The position numbers and the translations under genes were made by a program. Under the pieces are notes generated by a model that was not told the origin of the DNA, ran no database searches, and saw nothing but the letters and a program-made list of their open reading frames with translations. A stretch of DNA of 64,000 nt from Hydrolagus colliei (lineage: Eukaryota), in assembly GCA_035084275.1 (NCBI GenBank), contig CM068758.1:248001-312000 (forward strand), in the 5' to 3' direction. Below, piece by piece: positions 1-14,724 of the stretch; position 1 is the stretch's first letter, and every line of letters starts with the position of its first letter.

Positions 1-3000
1 AGCTACTGTTTGAAAGACAGAAGGAACGTCATGTCATCCTAGCTGTTCACTTGTATTGGTATTTGAGGGTTGTGGTGAACACTAACTTTTGCTGGGATGA
101 TATCCCCCAGGACTGGGCTAAGAAATTACATATGTACACACAACAGAAAGGTTGCCCCCTCCACCTCCCACCCAAAAAAGCCCGACATTGAGGTATTCTG
201 ACAAAGCATCCTTGCAATTATTTCAACACATGCAAATGCATTACAATATTAATTACATTGCTGTACTACCAAATATTAATCCCTGTCCCTGAGGCATTAA
301 TACCTTTTGAATGAGTAAAAAGTTCTACAACTTTAGTACAAAATAAAATAAAGCTTTTATGCAAGTCAGGAAATACTCCATACAACTCCACTTTGGATCC
401 AGGTTAAATCTACACAAGACATTAAGAGTTGAAGTATTCGATTTACAATTCTCTGGCGATCTGAGGATTCTCAAAACAACTCTAAATTTATCTTTGAGCT
501 AGCCAGATTTCAATATTTAGAAACAGAGAGCCAAATTCTGCAGAGCAACACAGCTCCACTTCCAGAATGGATAAACAATCTCACAAAAAGCATGTTCAAA
601 GAGAAACTCCCTCTTTGCCTAATAGAGCATCATCTCCTTGTTTCAACATAGGTGATTTTCTTTATACTAAAACATTTAAATAGTGGAGAAAATATTTTTC
701 TTTCAACAGGGAAGCTTATTTTGATTTTAAGCAAAGTTTCCTTCAGTGTGTGTTCAACTGGAACGATGGTGATTACTATACAGTACTTGGCCATCAACAC
801 ATATTAGATGTGAATTGTCAATTCATGAGACATCAACCTAAACCTCATCTAACCTGCTTTCATAGTAAAACAAACTATCTTCCTGAAATAATAGGACTAT
901 TCTTGAGTTTCCAAGATGGGCCAACCCCAACTTCTCCCTACAAACTGAATTCAAAAATGTTAAATTAAACAATTTATTTGCCACTGAAATAAAGGAGCAA
1001 CTGGGTAATAGTTCTGTATAAGGAATGCACGATAACTGCTCTGCCACAACAGAAACCCAGACATCAAAATGCTATTCACAACTGTTACAGACCATCACAG
1101 ATACTACATTATGTTCTTTATATAGATATAAAGCAGTGAAACTGCATTCATCAGAGGAAGACACAAACACAAATGTTACACTGAGCGTCCCATCAATGGT
1201 GTATTGCTGAATTACACTAGTCTTTGACAATGACTCACAATGTAAACCCTTAAATAAAAGTTTAACAAAATAAAGTTTTGTGTTCGCTATCAATGGAAAT
1301 ATCTATATTAAAATTACTTTCATAGCTTTCTTACAAAAGAAACAAAACCACCCTTTATAACCATTGGCTGCACTAAATTACTTTGCAGTAATGGCAAAAT
1401 ATTGTTAAGAAAAAGCCCTAGAAGCAATAATAATAATAATTCTTGCAATTGATGTAGCGACTTATCACGTCTTCGAAACGTCTCAAAATACTTCACAAAC
1501 TATACTGTAAAGTGACTTGACTATATTCATGGGTGAAAAGTAACAGAATAATCAGACTAATCAGATTAATGGCACTGAACCTTCAAGATCTCATCTGCGA
1601 CTACTGTACAAGGAAATTGTTTAGTACCAATAAGGCCGTATTACACATGCTTAAGGATAAATGACATTATTTCAGATAGCAAGCTGATATAAAAAGACAA
1701 CCTTCATCATACTTTCCTGTAAACCACGTAACATTTACCAACCATATACACTAGGTTCCATAATTACATTCTACAATTATTACTGAATTGTTTTCAATTG
1801 CTGTTAACAGTCCTCTGAGCAACAGAAGTCTACATTTTGCAATTTAAAATAATTAGCAAGTACAGTACTCTATAAAACAGGCTGCAAAGGAAGCTTTGGA
1901 GGAATTTAAGGGCTATAATTCAATCTCAGGCTTCATGTCAACACACTGATTAAATTACAGTCTGCAACTCAATCCAGAGTACACATACACATAGCACTCA
2001 TGTTAAAGAAAGTTGTACATTCATAATATATTAGCAATTACATTCCTTAGCTGAGTATTCTCTGGAATGTAAATGTGTCAAAACAGGATATAGAAAATAC
2101 TTGCCCAGTATTTTTCCCTTCTTGCCATGATTCACTGTGACAGTTAGTTGCTAGCCAAGCACTAGCCCAGTGATGGCCACCCCATGGGTCATGGGGCCAC
2201 CAAGAAGTGGTCCGTTGATCATTCGCGCCAGTCTAGGTGAGTCTGTTTTCAATCAAAGTTTTGTTTCCGGTTTTTTCTTGATTGAATATTTCTCGAATAA
2301 TGACATAAATCAAGAAATATTCCATCAAGAAAATCTGTTTTGTTGGCCGACCCAAACACTTGGCCATCACTGCACTCGATGAAATTAATTTCACTGTTAT
2401 TTTGCTGTGAGATATAATGAAAAACTATTCTTTCTACATCATTTTTTAAAAATTGATTTGAGATGAGCTTTTTCTGATAATGCTTTGAGAACATTCAGAA
2501 AAGAAAGCTCCAAGGCTTTTGTCTAAAACAAGGGATGAAGAGGGAGATTTTTTAAAAAATCACGATGGCACAGACAGTCTTGAGCAGATTTGTCTCCTTC
2601 TGTGTTAAACATATATTAAACATATATTTTTATGAAGGGTTCAGATGTCATGAACTCAAGATTGAATTCCAGCCAACAACAATCTCCACAGCAACTATTT
2701 TAGGCAGAAACAATTTTGAAAAAATAATGGAACTACAGTATTAATAGTTGTAACTAGTATATGGAGTGGAGATAGAAAGTTGTGAAGAAATGCTGTTTTT
2801 TAAGCAATAATCGAAGGCATTCACTGAAGAATAGATCACTGATGCCTACAGTGTAGGTAACGAGTCATAAGGTACAAATCGTCTACTTTTCATTTTTGAA
2901 ACAATGGTATATATCATATTTCTGCATCGTAAGATTAGCTGGAAAAATATGACATTTTCAGTGATGTAGAAAGGGATAGCCTCACCAGCAAAGCACCGCC

Positions 3001-6000
3001 TCCTAATCAAATCCAAGTACATGTACAATTGAACATTTCCAATTTAAAACCACTCGGCAAATCTAATTATACAAAGATTGTGACTGAGTACTGTGACCTT
3101 TATTGCAAGCAACACACATATATGCTACCATGGAAACAAAAAAAGAAAAATTCTGATCAAATCTCTTGAAATAATATTTTGGAATACAATTGTAAATTAA
3201 AATGTCATTAAAAAAGCTTAATTTTATCATGGGAAGGGTTATACATGTCAATTAGAAGACATTCCATTAAGCCTACAGACATCTGTCAATCTCCAAAATA
3301 CATCAGTGTTATCATATGAAATTGTATTACTAAATTATTATTGGCAGGTTGATCAAGTACAGTTTTCTACTGTACAGTAAATACGGTACTTTAGCGCAAC
3401 ACAATTGCACACCTTCTCTATCACAAAGTTGAAATTTTGAACATCGCTTACAAACAAATCAGTACTGTTCCACTAAATGTAGAAAACACAGGTACAGGTA
3501 TGCTTAGATCAAAAAAGTAATTTACCCTGGCACCATCTGGACTACTTCAATCACAAGGTCTAAACAAGACAGATGACTGAAATAGGGTGAAAAAATTCTA
3601 GGAATTCATACCTATTGAGAAAGGAATTACAGCTTTCTGCTCATTCTGTTTACTGTAGAAATTCACAGAACCATTTATAAAGGAAGATGTTCCCAATGGA
3701 TGTTTATTCTAGGACATTAGATGATTAGACAGCCCTCATATCCTGACGAATGAATGTACCTTCATTTCAGGTGACAACCATATCAGGGCATCACTCCGTG
3801 TATTATGTGTCATGACAGGAGGTTATTATTCAACAAACATCTCAAAGAAATGTGTACAAGCTGTGGAAAGTCAGTGTAGCCAAATTTAAGACCAACAATT
3901 GTGAATTTAACTGCACGTTTTCAGTTTTATTTGTGCTTTACTCATCTTCATTCTGCTGCCTAAAATGTTTTGTACCTAGGGTAAGGCCAAACTTAGCCTT
4001 TCAATTAAGCAGCAATTTTGTGTTGATTATGCACTCAAGGTTTAACGAAGATGCCACTATTTTGAGACACCTTTTTACTAGTATTATTTTCCATATCAAA
4101 ATGTTGCATACAGTGGGTTTGTCCATTGTGATTTTCCAGAATCTATTATTCTCACATGTACCTACATGCTTGTTGGATGACATGGGATATGAATGGTGCA
4201 GATGTTTGCCAAATTATGCTGTAAAAACAGCAGTGGGGAGGACTGAGTCACAGCTGTCGAGGAAACCAGCCAGCAAAAGTTCTCCATAGGTTTAGGCCGA
4301 AATATTTCCAATTTTACTAGTTAAGTCGAACAAAGCAAAGATGTGGTGTACAATGAGGAAACGGTGGTTGATTTCACTGGTATTTAACATCGCTATGAAC
4401 CTTCCTGCATTAAGATTACTCTTCTATAGATTTTGACAAGAGATAATCTCCAAAATAGTGCACATCGTGTTATGCTGTTTTGTGCAAGCAGAGAATCGTG
4501 GACAAAGGCAACTGTTGTTCCAAACAACCCACCTCACTCAATCAGCTGCATGGGTCCTGGAGCATATATTTCAATGGGAAAAGGAGCTGAATTGTTTAAG
4601 CATACAACCAAACACTTCACAAAAACATCCCTCACCCCTTACATGAGCATCCACAATGGATTCATATTCACACACAAACTCTATATTCTCCGCACCTCCA
4701 AACTGTGTTTGATATGAGATCCTTGCCACGGGTTAATTCCAGCCCTGCCAGTGAGTAATGTTGCACAAATTCACTGAACTATGCAATAATTCCGTTGTAT
4801 ACATCCAAGTAGCCTGTAATGTTCTGCAACTCAAGGATATAAATCATGTACAACAAAATGTTAAATTCCTCTCCATGACTAAAGTACAACAACAATGTTA
4901 TTTCTCTGCATCTCTAGGGAGAGTAGTGTACTTCGAACAGAAAACACATGTTTCTTTCCCTTCACTAGATCTAAATCACATTTTGAATTTTCACATTTTC
5001 ACATTTTGAATTTTCAATTCTGAAACTGACCATCCAATATTTGATAAGACAGGCGAATCTCTCTTGTCCTGGCCAACAATTCATCAAATTACATTTTTTT
5101 ATTTTTTTTACTTGCTCGCTCCATGGGCTGTTTATGGGATACTGCTGTGCTGAAACTGGCTGCTGCGTTCATCCGCAAAATACGGTTAATCTATTTTATA
5201 GTATATATCCTGAGTGGCACTTTGAGACGTTTCGGGAATCTACTATTGTTGATGAGCTATATGGAAAACTGTTTTAATTAAGCCCCGAAATATGAGGTAC
5301 GCATCATATTCTCAACTTTGTAGCGACAGCGGAAATCACACACATTTCTGAGAAATGCATCTAAATTCTGCAACGGATGCATGGTACTTTTTTTCTGGTT
5401 GTCATGGGAGATAGAGTCTGACCATGTTAAAATGCTACATTGTCTTTTCATCCCCATCAAATTAGATCCATGCACTGTATGATGCAAATTGTATGATGTG
5501 CCACTGACAAAAGCATTCCAAATATATCAAAGATTGGATCTGCGTTGAAAAATAAGTCAATCCATTGGTTGGGAGTGCATAATTATTGACCAACAGTCCA
5601 GGAACAGAATAATTGGCTAGGGTTTCTCGTCACAGATTATTAATCAGCTCAGGATGGCTCAGGAAAGTTTTCCAATCTTCTGTGGCTGCTATTTGTGGAT
5701 GGAGTAATCCATCGTACCGTAAACAAATTTGGACCAAATAAAAATGCTTGCATGTGAGTAAGAACCTCTAAAAGACACTGAGTAAACATTTTGTATACTG
5801 TAATTTGTATCAGATCTACAGACTGTCAAGCTTGGATCTGGACAATGAGGGGACAATTCACACCTCAACGCTGGACACCAAAACCTTAATATATATATAT
5901 ATATATAAATATAAAACAAGTCATTCTATGCTTGCAGCCCTGTAGAGTATTTGAAAGAATTATGCTAATATCATGATTGAATTATTTCAAAGTGGTAAAT

Positions 6001-6882
6001 GAAAGTTTATTTTAAGTGCTACAATTCTAATTTTGTGACAGAAATACTGTAGGAAGGAAAATAAGCAGTAGACACTGATAATAAATTATTCTTGAATTCA
6101 ACATAGCACCTTTCATCTAGGGGGGCATCTCAAAGTGCCTCCCAGGATTTATGGCAAAGTGTAATGACTGGGTATTTTATATACAATAAGAGGCATGAAA
6201 TGGTACTCAGCTTGCTTGGATCATTCTCCACTTCTACAATCACCAAACACAACCACAAATATCATGAGAGGTTTGGTTAATGATTTCAAACACAATCAAT
6301 GGCTTTATTTACAGACAGTCCCTAGGGCAGACTATAGAAAACAAATAACTGCTGCCTGTACCAGCTGCCTCATATGATGGTCTCTTCTAATATGTTTGCA
6401 GCCATGCCTCCCATTAAATTTGATCTCAGATATAATGCATAAAGGGACAGAATTCCAGTCAGCCTATATAATGGGCACAATTTAAGAGTCTTATAAAGAG
6501 CATTTTTAATTCCACACATCCTTGTGTATTCTACTCAGATTAGAAAGGTATTTTTGTTCAACGTAATTCAATAGCACAGCTGCATAAATTTAATTGAATA
6601 CTATCTTTCAAACAAAATTAATAGTTAATTTGAACTAACTCTTAACTAAAATTGAACTAGTTCGAATGAAGGAAGTAGTAGAATACGGATTATTTGTTGC
6701 CCTTAGGCAGTAATAAACACACCGTCGGCAAGATGTTCATGTTTACCATATGGCTAAAGTGGTACCTTCTTGAAGGTGTAGAAATGAATCCCAAATGGAA
6801 CAAGACAATATGAAATGCTATTGCAATGGATGAGTGTAACCGGTGGATAGCTTTAGAAGTTGACAATGGTGGGAACAAAATA

Positions 6883-9198
6883 CAGTAAAAGCCCATTTAT
6901 CCAGCACCCGTAGGACCTGGCCAATGCCGGTTAAATCCTTCTTCTTTATCGTCCTCCTAAACCCCCTGGCTCTTTCATCTCCGATATCTCCACTCTCCTC
7001 TCCTCCCTGTCCCTCAGCTCTGAATGCCTGCTCATCATGGGCGACTTCAACCTCCACCTGAACTCCCCCTGCATCACCTCTTCCGATTTCACTGCCATCC
7101 TCTCCTCCCTAAACCTCACCCTCCACATTGACTCTCTGACCCACAACCGTGGCCACTCCCTCGACCTCATTATCACCCATGGCCTTGACATTTCCGACCT
7201 CAGCATCTCAGACAAGGCCATCTCGGACCACCTTCTTGTCTCCTTCTCCTCTTTCATCCCTCTACCTTCCACCAAGCCCTCAACCATACTTTTCCGTCCA
7301 TGTCCAGCTGCTCCGCGATCACCTCTCCTCCACCTTCAACTTTCTCGTCCCCCTGAAATCCAGGTCTACTTCCAACCCCACCCGCTCCCCCTGGTACAAC
7401 ACTCATCTCCGCACCCTCAAATGCCAAACCCGGCTGCTCGAGCGCAGGTGGCAGAAAACCGGCCTCACGGTTCACCACCAACTGTGGCTCGAGCGTCTCC
7501 ACAGCTATCGGCATTCCTTGTGTCAAGCAAAAACGGCCTACTACTCCAACATCATCCTGGAGGCAAACAATAACCCTAAAGTCCTCTTTTCCACCACCCA
7601 CCACTTCCTCCGCGCACCCCCTCAACGACCCCCAGTCCCTGATGTTCTGTCAGCCTGCTTTTCATACATCAGGGGCTGGATGAGCGCAAATATCTTGCAG
7701 CTGAATGTCGACAAGACGGAGGCCATACTCCTTGGCTCTCGTCAATGTCTCCATTCACACGGCTCTCATCTCCTCCACCTTCCCGGCCTGCCCCTAAAAC
7801 TCTCCGAACCAGTGCGCAACCTAGGCATCAGGTTCGACCCCCAACTGTCCTTCCCCCCCACATCCAGTCCGTTACCAGCACTGCCTCCTATCACGTCCGA
7901 CGGATCGCCCGTCTCCGGCAATACCTCACCTTAAAAGCCGCCGAAAGCTTGGTCCACGTCTTTGTCACCTCTCGGCTGGAGTATTGCAATGCCGTCCTCG
8001 CCGGTCTCCCCTCCACCACAATCCACAAAATCCAGCTCATTCAGAACTCTGCCGCCCGCATACTCACCCGCTCTAAGCTTCGCTCCCCATTACCCCAATC
8101 CTCGCCAGACTTCACTGGCTCCCTATCCCAGAGAGGATCGACTTCAAGATCCTCACCCTTGTTTTTAAATCCCTCCACTCCGCTGCCCCCCACCCCCTAT
8201 CTCTCTGATCTCCTCTCCCCGCAAACCAGCTCCTGTTGCCTTCCCTCCTCTGGGTCTGGCCTCCTCCATGTCCCCCCGAATCCTCCGTTCCACCCTCGGC
8301 CACTACGCCCCGAGGCTCTGGAACTCCCTTCCTCACTCCCTTCCCCTCGCCCCCTCTCTCTTCCCAGTTTCAGGTCACAGCTGAAGACCTTTCTCTTCGA
8401 CTCTGCTTTTGGTCACCTTCCTGCCCCTGCCCCTGCCCCTGGCTCGGTCCCGGGCTCCGTTATTGTGAAGCGCTCTGAGACGCTGTCCGGCGTGGAGGGT
8501 GCTATATAAATTGAAGTTGTTGTTGTTGTAAAGCGCCTGCCGGATATTCGGGCAGCCCGCAGCCGCAAACCCACAACAAAAAAATTAACGTTCTTTTAAC
8601 ACACACCATACACACCAGACTAAGTAATAACAGATAATAACAGAATATTGTATTGATACTTATTGTTAAAACTACTCTCTTGCGCTTCTCACCTTTACTG
8701 ATTGAGGTTTACAGTCCAGCGATTCTTTTTAAAATGGAGGACGCCGTGCGGATTAAAAAAAACAGCAGCGCGACTTTAAAGCTTTACTAGCGGCAAGCCG
8801 ATAACCCTAGACTCTACTAGCGGCAAACCAAAATACTGTACCTGAGCGACAATGTGGATTATCGGCTAGGGTATCGGCTTGCCATTAGTATGGCTTTAAA
8901 GTCGTGCTCCGTTTTTTCACCTGCTTGGGTCCATTTAAAAAAGAATCTCTGGGCTATAAACCTCAACTGCAGCATCATGGCTTCAAGCGCAGCATCTACC
9001 AGTAAAGGTGAGAAACGCAAGAGTTTTAACAATAAGTATCATTACAATATTCTGTTATGTTATTATTGATGCATTTACAAATGCTCCACCGCTATTGATC
9101 CGGATAAGTTCCGGTTTATCGAATGGGGACTTTTTTGTCGGGTTCCGGTTTTACGGAAGTGCCGGTTCATCGAGTCACGGATAACCGGGCTTCTACTG
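6883..9198. mobile_element. Non-autonomous Tigger/pogo-like (Tc1-mariner) DNA transposon, interrupted by an L2 insertion
   Basis: TA|CAGTAAAAGCCCATTTATCC...GGATAACCGGGCTTCTACTG|TA: imperfect terminal inverted repeats with TA duplication. Ends and an internal segment resemble the element at 11989-12354. Confidence 0.75.
6937..8529 (+). mobile_element. L2-clade LINE, 5'-truncated, internally deleted and frameshifted
   Basis: Endonuclease motifs GDFNLH, LDLIIT and SDH, then PWY, then LQLNVDKTE, VRNLG and SRLEYCN. The RT core is missing. 3' end GTGAAGCGCTCTGAGAC...GCTATATAAA followed by (TTG)n. Confidence 0.85.
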
Positions 9199-11988
9199 TA
9201 GCACATTCCTGATATTTATTGGCTATTCTCCCAGCAAATATATCAGTTTCGCATATTGCACTTTGCAAAAATTACCCAAACTATAAACTTATATTTATTA
9301 AACAAAAACAAGCAAGGAATCAATGCAGAGTTAAACTACATTTATGCTATTAAGCTTAAATAGGCTTCCATGTCATGGAACACACACTTATCTGGTAATC
9401 AACATGAATTAGATTATTTTGAAGCAATGATTAGTGTAGAAAATATCATTTTTGTAAGGAGAAAGCTTTTTTCCCAATATAAATCTATCTCAATACTTAC
9501 AAACCAGAAACACAAGGGGACCCGATTGATTTAAAAAAAATACATCCATATGTAGCCAGGTTTATGTTTGCAATATAAACTTTCTCCATATGACAGAGCA
9601 CATTGTTTTACATTAGCTGCGTCATGTTTCTGGCATCTACTGCTGTAAGTGGTGTCTTTGTAAAGTTGGCTTTAGAGTGACTCCATATATGTATTTACAG
9701 GATGAAAGTAGAGTTTCAATCTTACTGCAGCTTGGCAGGAGAGATAAAGTTTAAAAGCAAACACAATGCACAGTCTTGGATTAATTTACTACAGGAGTAA
9801 TTTTATACCATATACTGTATTGTTCAGCTGATGACAAAAATACTCATCAGGTACACATTTCATTGCACTTTCCCCCTAACATAACTTGAGCCATACATAC
9901 ACGAAAGAAATAAGTAGAGGAATCAAGAAGCACAGAGTGTACCACAGAACAAATGTTACCTCGACAACCCCACTCCCCTCTATCAAGTCTGTGCGTAAGG
10001 CTTCGTAATAATCTGCCAACATTCACCATTGTTAAACACAGTTTTACATGGGTGTGTATACACCAATGAAATAATCAACAATACATTTTTCGAATTGTTG
10101 ATGTATATATATGCAGAGCTTTCCTGTTCAGCAGAGACAATATTCAGCATGTTGCCAAAAAACCATCATGATTCAACTTACACTTGGGAATAAAGTCACT
10201 TTATGTATTCTGGATTCTATATCAGTGTAAATAAGTTGTAACTGCAAATGCAGAGCAACTTACATTTGAAGAAGCATAAATGCTGTACCGAAGTGCTGTT
10301 GGCCTCTCTAAAGCAAATGTAATAATCGTATCATCCGTCTGATAATTCCACTGTTAATACCAGGAAATACATCAGGAACTCATACCTGCCATATCCTGAT
10401 TATAGTCCTATAATAATTATATATAAATGTGTCCTTCTAATACACAATTGTGCATCTCTCTCATCTGTGTGTTTGCCCACAAAATGCAGTAAATCCACTT
10501 TCCAGTATATTCTGTTAAGTGCTTTGAGATGTCTCAAAGACGTGATAAGGCGCTATATCAATTGTAAGGATTATTATTGTTATTATCTATAACTCCTTCC
10601 AGTGGCCTCTAGTTATGATGGTGCTCATCTCATTTATGCTCAACATCCACACACTAGTTCTCTCTTTCAAAACCAATAACATATTGGAAATGTATTAGTA
10701 CTGGATTACAAAGCACACTTCAAATAAAAAAAGAGAACCTAGGTGAAGGGTCAAGGTTCATAGTGTGGAAAACCACATTTGAAATAAATAGCAGGAAATT
10801 ACAATCTTGATGTAACACCAAACTTCAATTTCAAAAGCCAGCTTTGCCCTACAGCAGGAAAGGATAGCTGAGAAATTTAGGGAGTTTCCACAGTTTTAGA
10901 GAAACTGGGAAAGATGAGTTAACAGTAATGAAATCTGTGATTTCAACACAACGAGGAACCAAGATATTTGCAAGAAAACCTATTTGGAGTTCGTGGGAAA
11001 GAATAAAGGAAAATTCTGAAGAACAATAATCATAAAAGGTCCAGATTCATAAAAATGAGGAATAAGAAAAGTTGAAAGCAGGAGATGAGACAAGATGTAT
11101 TTGCTTGAATCATATCCATGTACTCAGGTGGAAAGCAACCTACTTAACTCACCATTATCCATTTGAAGAATATTTAAAATATTTATATATTTGTTTAAAG
11201 GAGTGATATTCACAATGCAAAAACTGCATTTGAGCAGCAAAATTAAGTTATAACAATATTAACCCTTGCATGTGATATAGCACCTTATCACTCATTGAGA
11301 CATCTCAACGCGCTCACAGAATATTTTGTAAAGTGAATTGACCTTTGGGGTGGCGGGTGCGAAACGTTCATTTAACATTAGATATTAATGCAAAATGCTT
11401 CGGAAATCTTATTTCAGTCTTTTTCATAAGCTCAGTCAGAATTCAAAATCACTTCATCCAAGGCACATATTTTAATAGTAAAGGAAATAATTGTCTGATT
11501 TTTTAGGAATGGTGCTATGGTATCTGACTTCTCTTTAAATCGTTTCAACACAAGTAATTACCAAAATAAATCTTGATATACAGCAGGTTAATTTATGGAC
11601 TAAGGTGCATTTTGTATAAATATATCCTTTAGCAGAAGTTTTAGTATGAATTTTATTCCACTTTCATATTAAACAGTGATGCAACATTACCTTCAGATTA
11701 GTAGAACAATGCCAATGGGTAGATAGAATTATACCTTCTGCTCACACCATTTCGGTCAAATGAGTAACCGATTCAATGATTCTCAAGCATAAGCAAAACT
11801 TTACCTTATTTTCAAATGAAAAGTAACCCAGGGAAAGGAAGGGCGAAGTGGAGAATTGAGAAACTGCAGGAAAAGTATTACAAGTTGGTTTGTATTTGAA
11901 ACTCAACTTGATATTACATAAATTTTTTTTGATATTATATCAGTTGGAATCTCAGCAATACAGTATTAAGAAACCTTAAAGCATAGTA

Positions 11989-12354
11989 CAGTAAAACCCT
12001 TGTCATCCGGCACCCTCGGGACCTGACCGGTGCCGATTAATCAAATATGTCGGATATTCAAGTGGTGAGTTGCCGAAAATACCCACTCCAAAAAATTAAT
12101 TTATTTTTAAAATACCATATTAATAATATTAATAAATAATAACAGAATATTGTATGGATACTTACCAACAAAGCGTTCCAGCACACTCGGTAAAAAAGCA
12201 TTCCAGCTTTCGGTAGGTTTATTAAGTGTGCATGCGTAAAGTGAGCATACCGCGAGTGTCCCGGATGGCTACGGTATGAGATCCGGTTGCTGGAATGGTG
12301 ACTTGTATTGGGAGATACCGGTTGGTTGGGTACCGGATAAACAAGGTTTTACTG
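11989..12354. mobile_element. Tigger/pogo-like MITE
   Basis: TA|CAGTAAAACCCTTGTCATCCGG...CCGGATAAACAAGGTTTTACTG|TA terminal inverted repeats with TA duplication. Confidence 0.8.
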
Positions 12355-14383
12355 TACTACACTTTGCGTAGATTCAATACTAACAGCATAGCAAAAAGTA
12401 CAAACCAAGTTAACAATTGCAAACACAGCCACAATTTCAGAAAAAAAAGTAATTAAATTATTGCAGATAATATTTCTGATTTAGATCTCACTAGTGCCCT
12501 TCCTCTGTATGGCCAAACACTTCATAATACATTAAGGGAAAAGAATACCTTGTGCCCCTAATTACAAGAGTCGCAAGATTGTTCTTGGCCAATAATGCTG
12601 TATTTATGTTAAAAATATCTAACTACAGATAGTTAATGTAATGACCCACATCACATAACAGACTTCAGAACAAAACACCTATAATAAAGTACAGCATTCT
12701 TTCTTTCATTTGTGAGAATGAAGCACATCACGTTACTGCAATTTAGTTTGTCAAAACAAAGGAGTCATCATCCACCATAACTGATATGGTAACACAAATG
12801 ACAAATGGTGAATAGTTACAGTTTCCCTGGAGACTCAATTGAACAGCAAGTGACAAGGTTGCATAGCATAAAAGCAAACTAATTCTAGCATAAAGCCCAA
12901 TGGGTTGGACGTCACATTCTTGATTTTTATATTACGCTGCAAAAGGGCACTCAGACTCGTAGTCCATTTAATTGTGTAGAAAAGAACACAGAACCTAGTT
13001 TTACAATAAGATTCCAGGAGAAGCTTAGCCGAATATTGGCTGAATATATTCAAAACAAACTGAAGTTGAAAAGTTTAGAATGAATGTAGAGAAGGAAGCT
13101 AGAGGCACGAGGTTTTGTCTGACTTGTATACTGATAATGGAAAAAAATCAATAAATGTTTACTTTGCAATATATGGGCTTCTTTTCAAAATAATCTAAAT
13201 ACTGTAGTATGTAGCTCTTGCCATAGTAGCAACTCTATTCCATTTCAATAATTTACAAAAATTGTTTCATAAAATCAGAAATTTATAGAAGGCCATTTGG
13301 CGCATTGAGTCTGTACTGGCACTCAAAGCAACCTGCACTTTCAATCCTACTGCCCCATACTCCTTCAACCCGCCAACGTTCATTTACATATAAATATACG
13401 TTTCATTGGCAACTCAGTAGTAAATTCTCTTTGGAATTATAAAGTTTCTACCATGGAATATCTTCACTCAATTCTCAGTGAAACGTTGTTTTTTCAATTC
13501 TCATAGGATAAATTAACAAACACAGCAGCATGCAACGCAACATTTATGTAACAGGTCAGCAATTTTAACTAATGTGTTTTGGGGTTGAACTTGTAAAATA
13601 CCACTTAGAAGGGAATCCCAGACAAGATTAATTACATACGCTGTCAAAAACAGTACTATTCCTTTCACACAAACAGATAATCAAATACCAAATTACAGAG
13701 CCAAATTGACTACTTACATCCCCCTACAATTTTGTTTATACACCATCTGAATCATTACACTTACTGATTTATGTATGCTGTTGTGGCAAAGAGAATTTTA
13801 AAACAATTCTGGATTAAATTTAAAAAATCACAATCTGATATTGTCATATTTAAAAAACATACAAGCCAAGTTGTTACATGGTAATAACAATAACAAAAAC
13901 AGCGTTACCCAGGGTGGAAAATGCCACCAAGTCCCATTTGGCTATTGAAAATCTTGGGACACTGGAGCTGGTAAAATGAGTTTTTAATCTGGTTCAATTC
14001 TAACAGGCCCCAAATACACATTTTGGAATTCTAATGCCATTGTTTGATACCCACACTAATATTCTAGGTCACCAGCAAACAAGGGTGTGACCATGGGTAG
14101 GTAAGCAGCTTAACTAATCTTTTTTTGGGGGGGGGCAGGGAGGGTGTATTTTTCGCTCAAGGAAGGCTAGTGAATGAGGTGGCTGAAGTTCATGAAAGGG
14201 AAGATTTTGCGAGAGTTAAGAAACAAGGGCACTTGATCGACCAAAAGTTCTTTCCTGATTCTGTGTTCTTGAAAATCATTTGCAATAAACAGTTGTTAAC
14301 AACAATAGTAATACAAGCATTTGATGTAGTGCCTCATCACGTTCATCAGCCATCCCAAAGCGCTTCACAGAATATATTGTAAA

Positions 14384-14665
14384 GAGTCCTGTAGCTCAGT
14401 GGTTAGAACATTCGCCTTACAAGCGTGAGACCCGTGTTCGAATCCAGGCAGGGCAGGGCAAAACCTTGGGCAAGTTTCCTTACTCCACCATAGTACGCCT
14501 AATGATAATCCCTCAAAAAAACCACACACAATAAACTGGTCATTTCAACCCACGACTGTTTGTGTGGGGGGGAGGCTGCTGTGCGCAATTGGCTACCGTG
14601 TTTTGCCCACAAAATACAGTCAATTCACCGTGCAGTCTATTCTGTGAAGCGCTTTTGAGACACAA
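14384..14665 (+). mobile_element. tRNA-derived SINE with Deu-like core and L2-like tail
   Basis: Head with A box TAGCTCAGTGG and B box GTTCGAATCC. Core GCTGTGCGCAATTGGCT. Tail GTGAAGCGCTTTTGAGAC. Many copies in the window. Confidence 0.8.
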
Positions 14666-14724
14666 TCTAAAAGACTTGAGAGTTTGACTTTATAGTTCGA
14701 TAAGCTTTCCTGCTCTCTTTCCCC

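Noticed and set aside
7037-8509. Long ORFs of 178-261 aa as host genes
   Set aside because: Frameshifted L2 ORF2 remnants.
14384-14460. tRNA gene (Val-TAC-like); similar heads at 32268, 39000-39075, 56794 and 57655
   Set aside because: These are SINE heads: no proper acceptor stem or terminator, and each continues into the SINE body.
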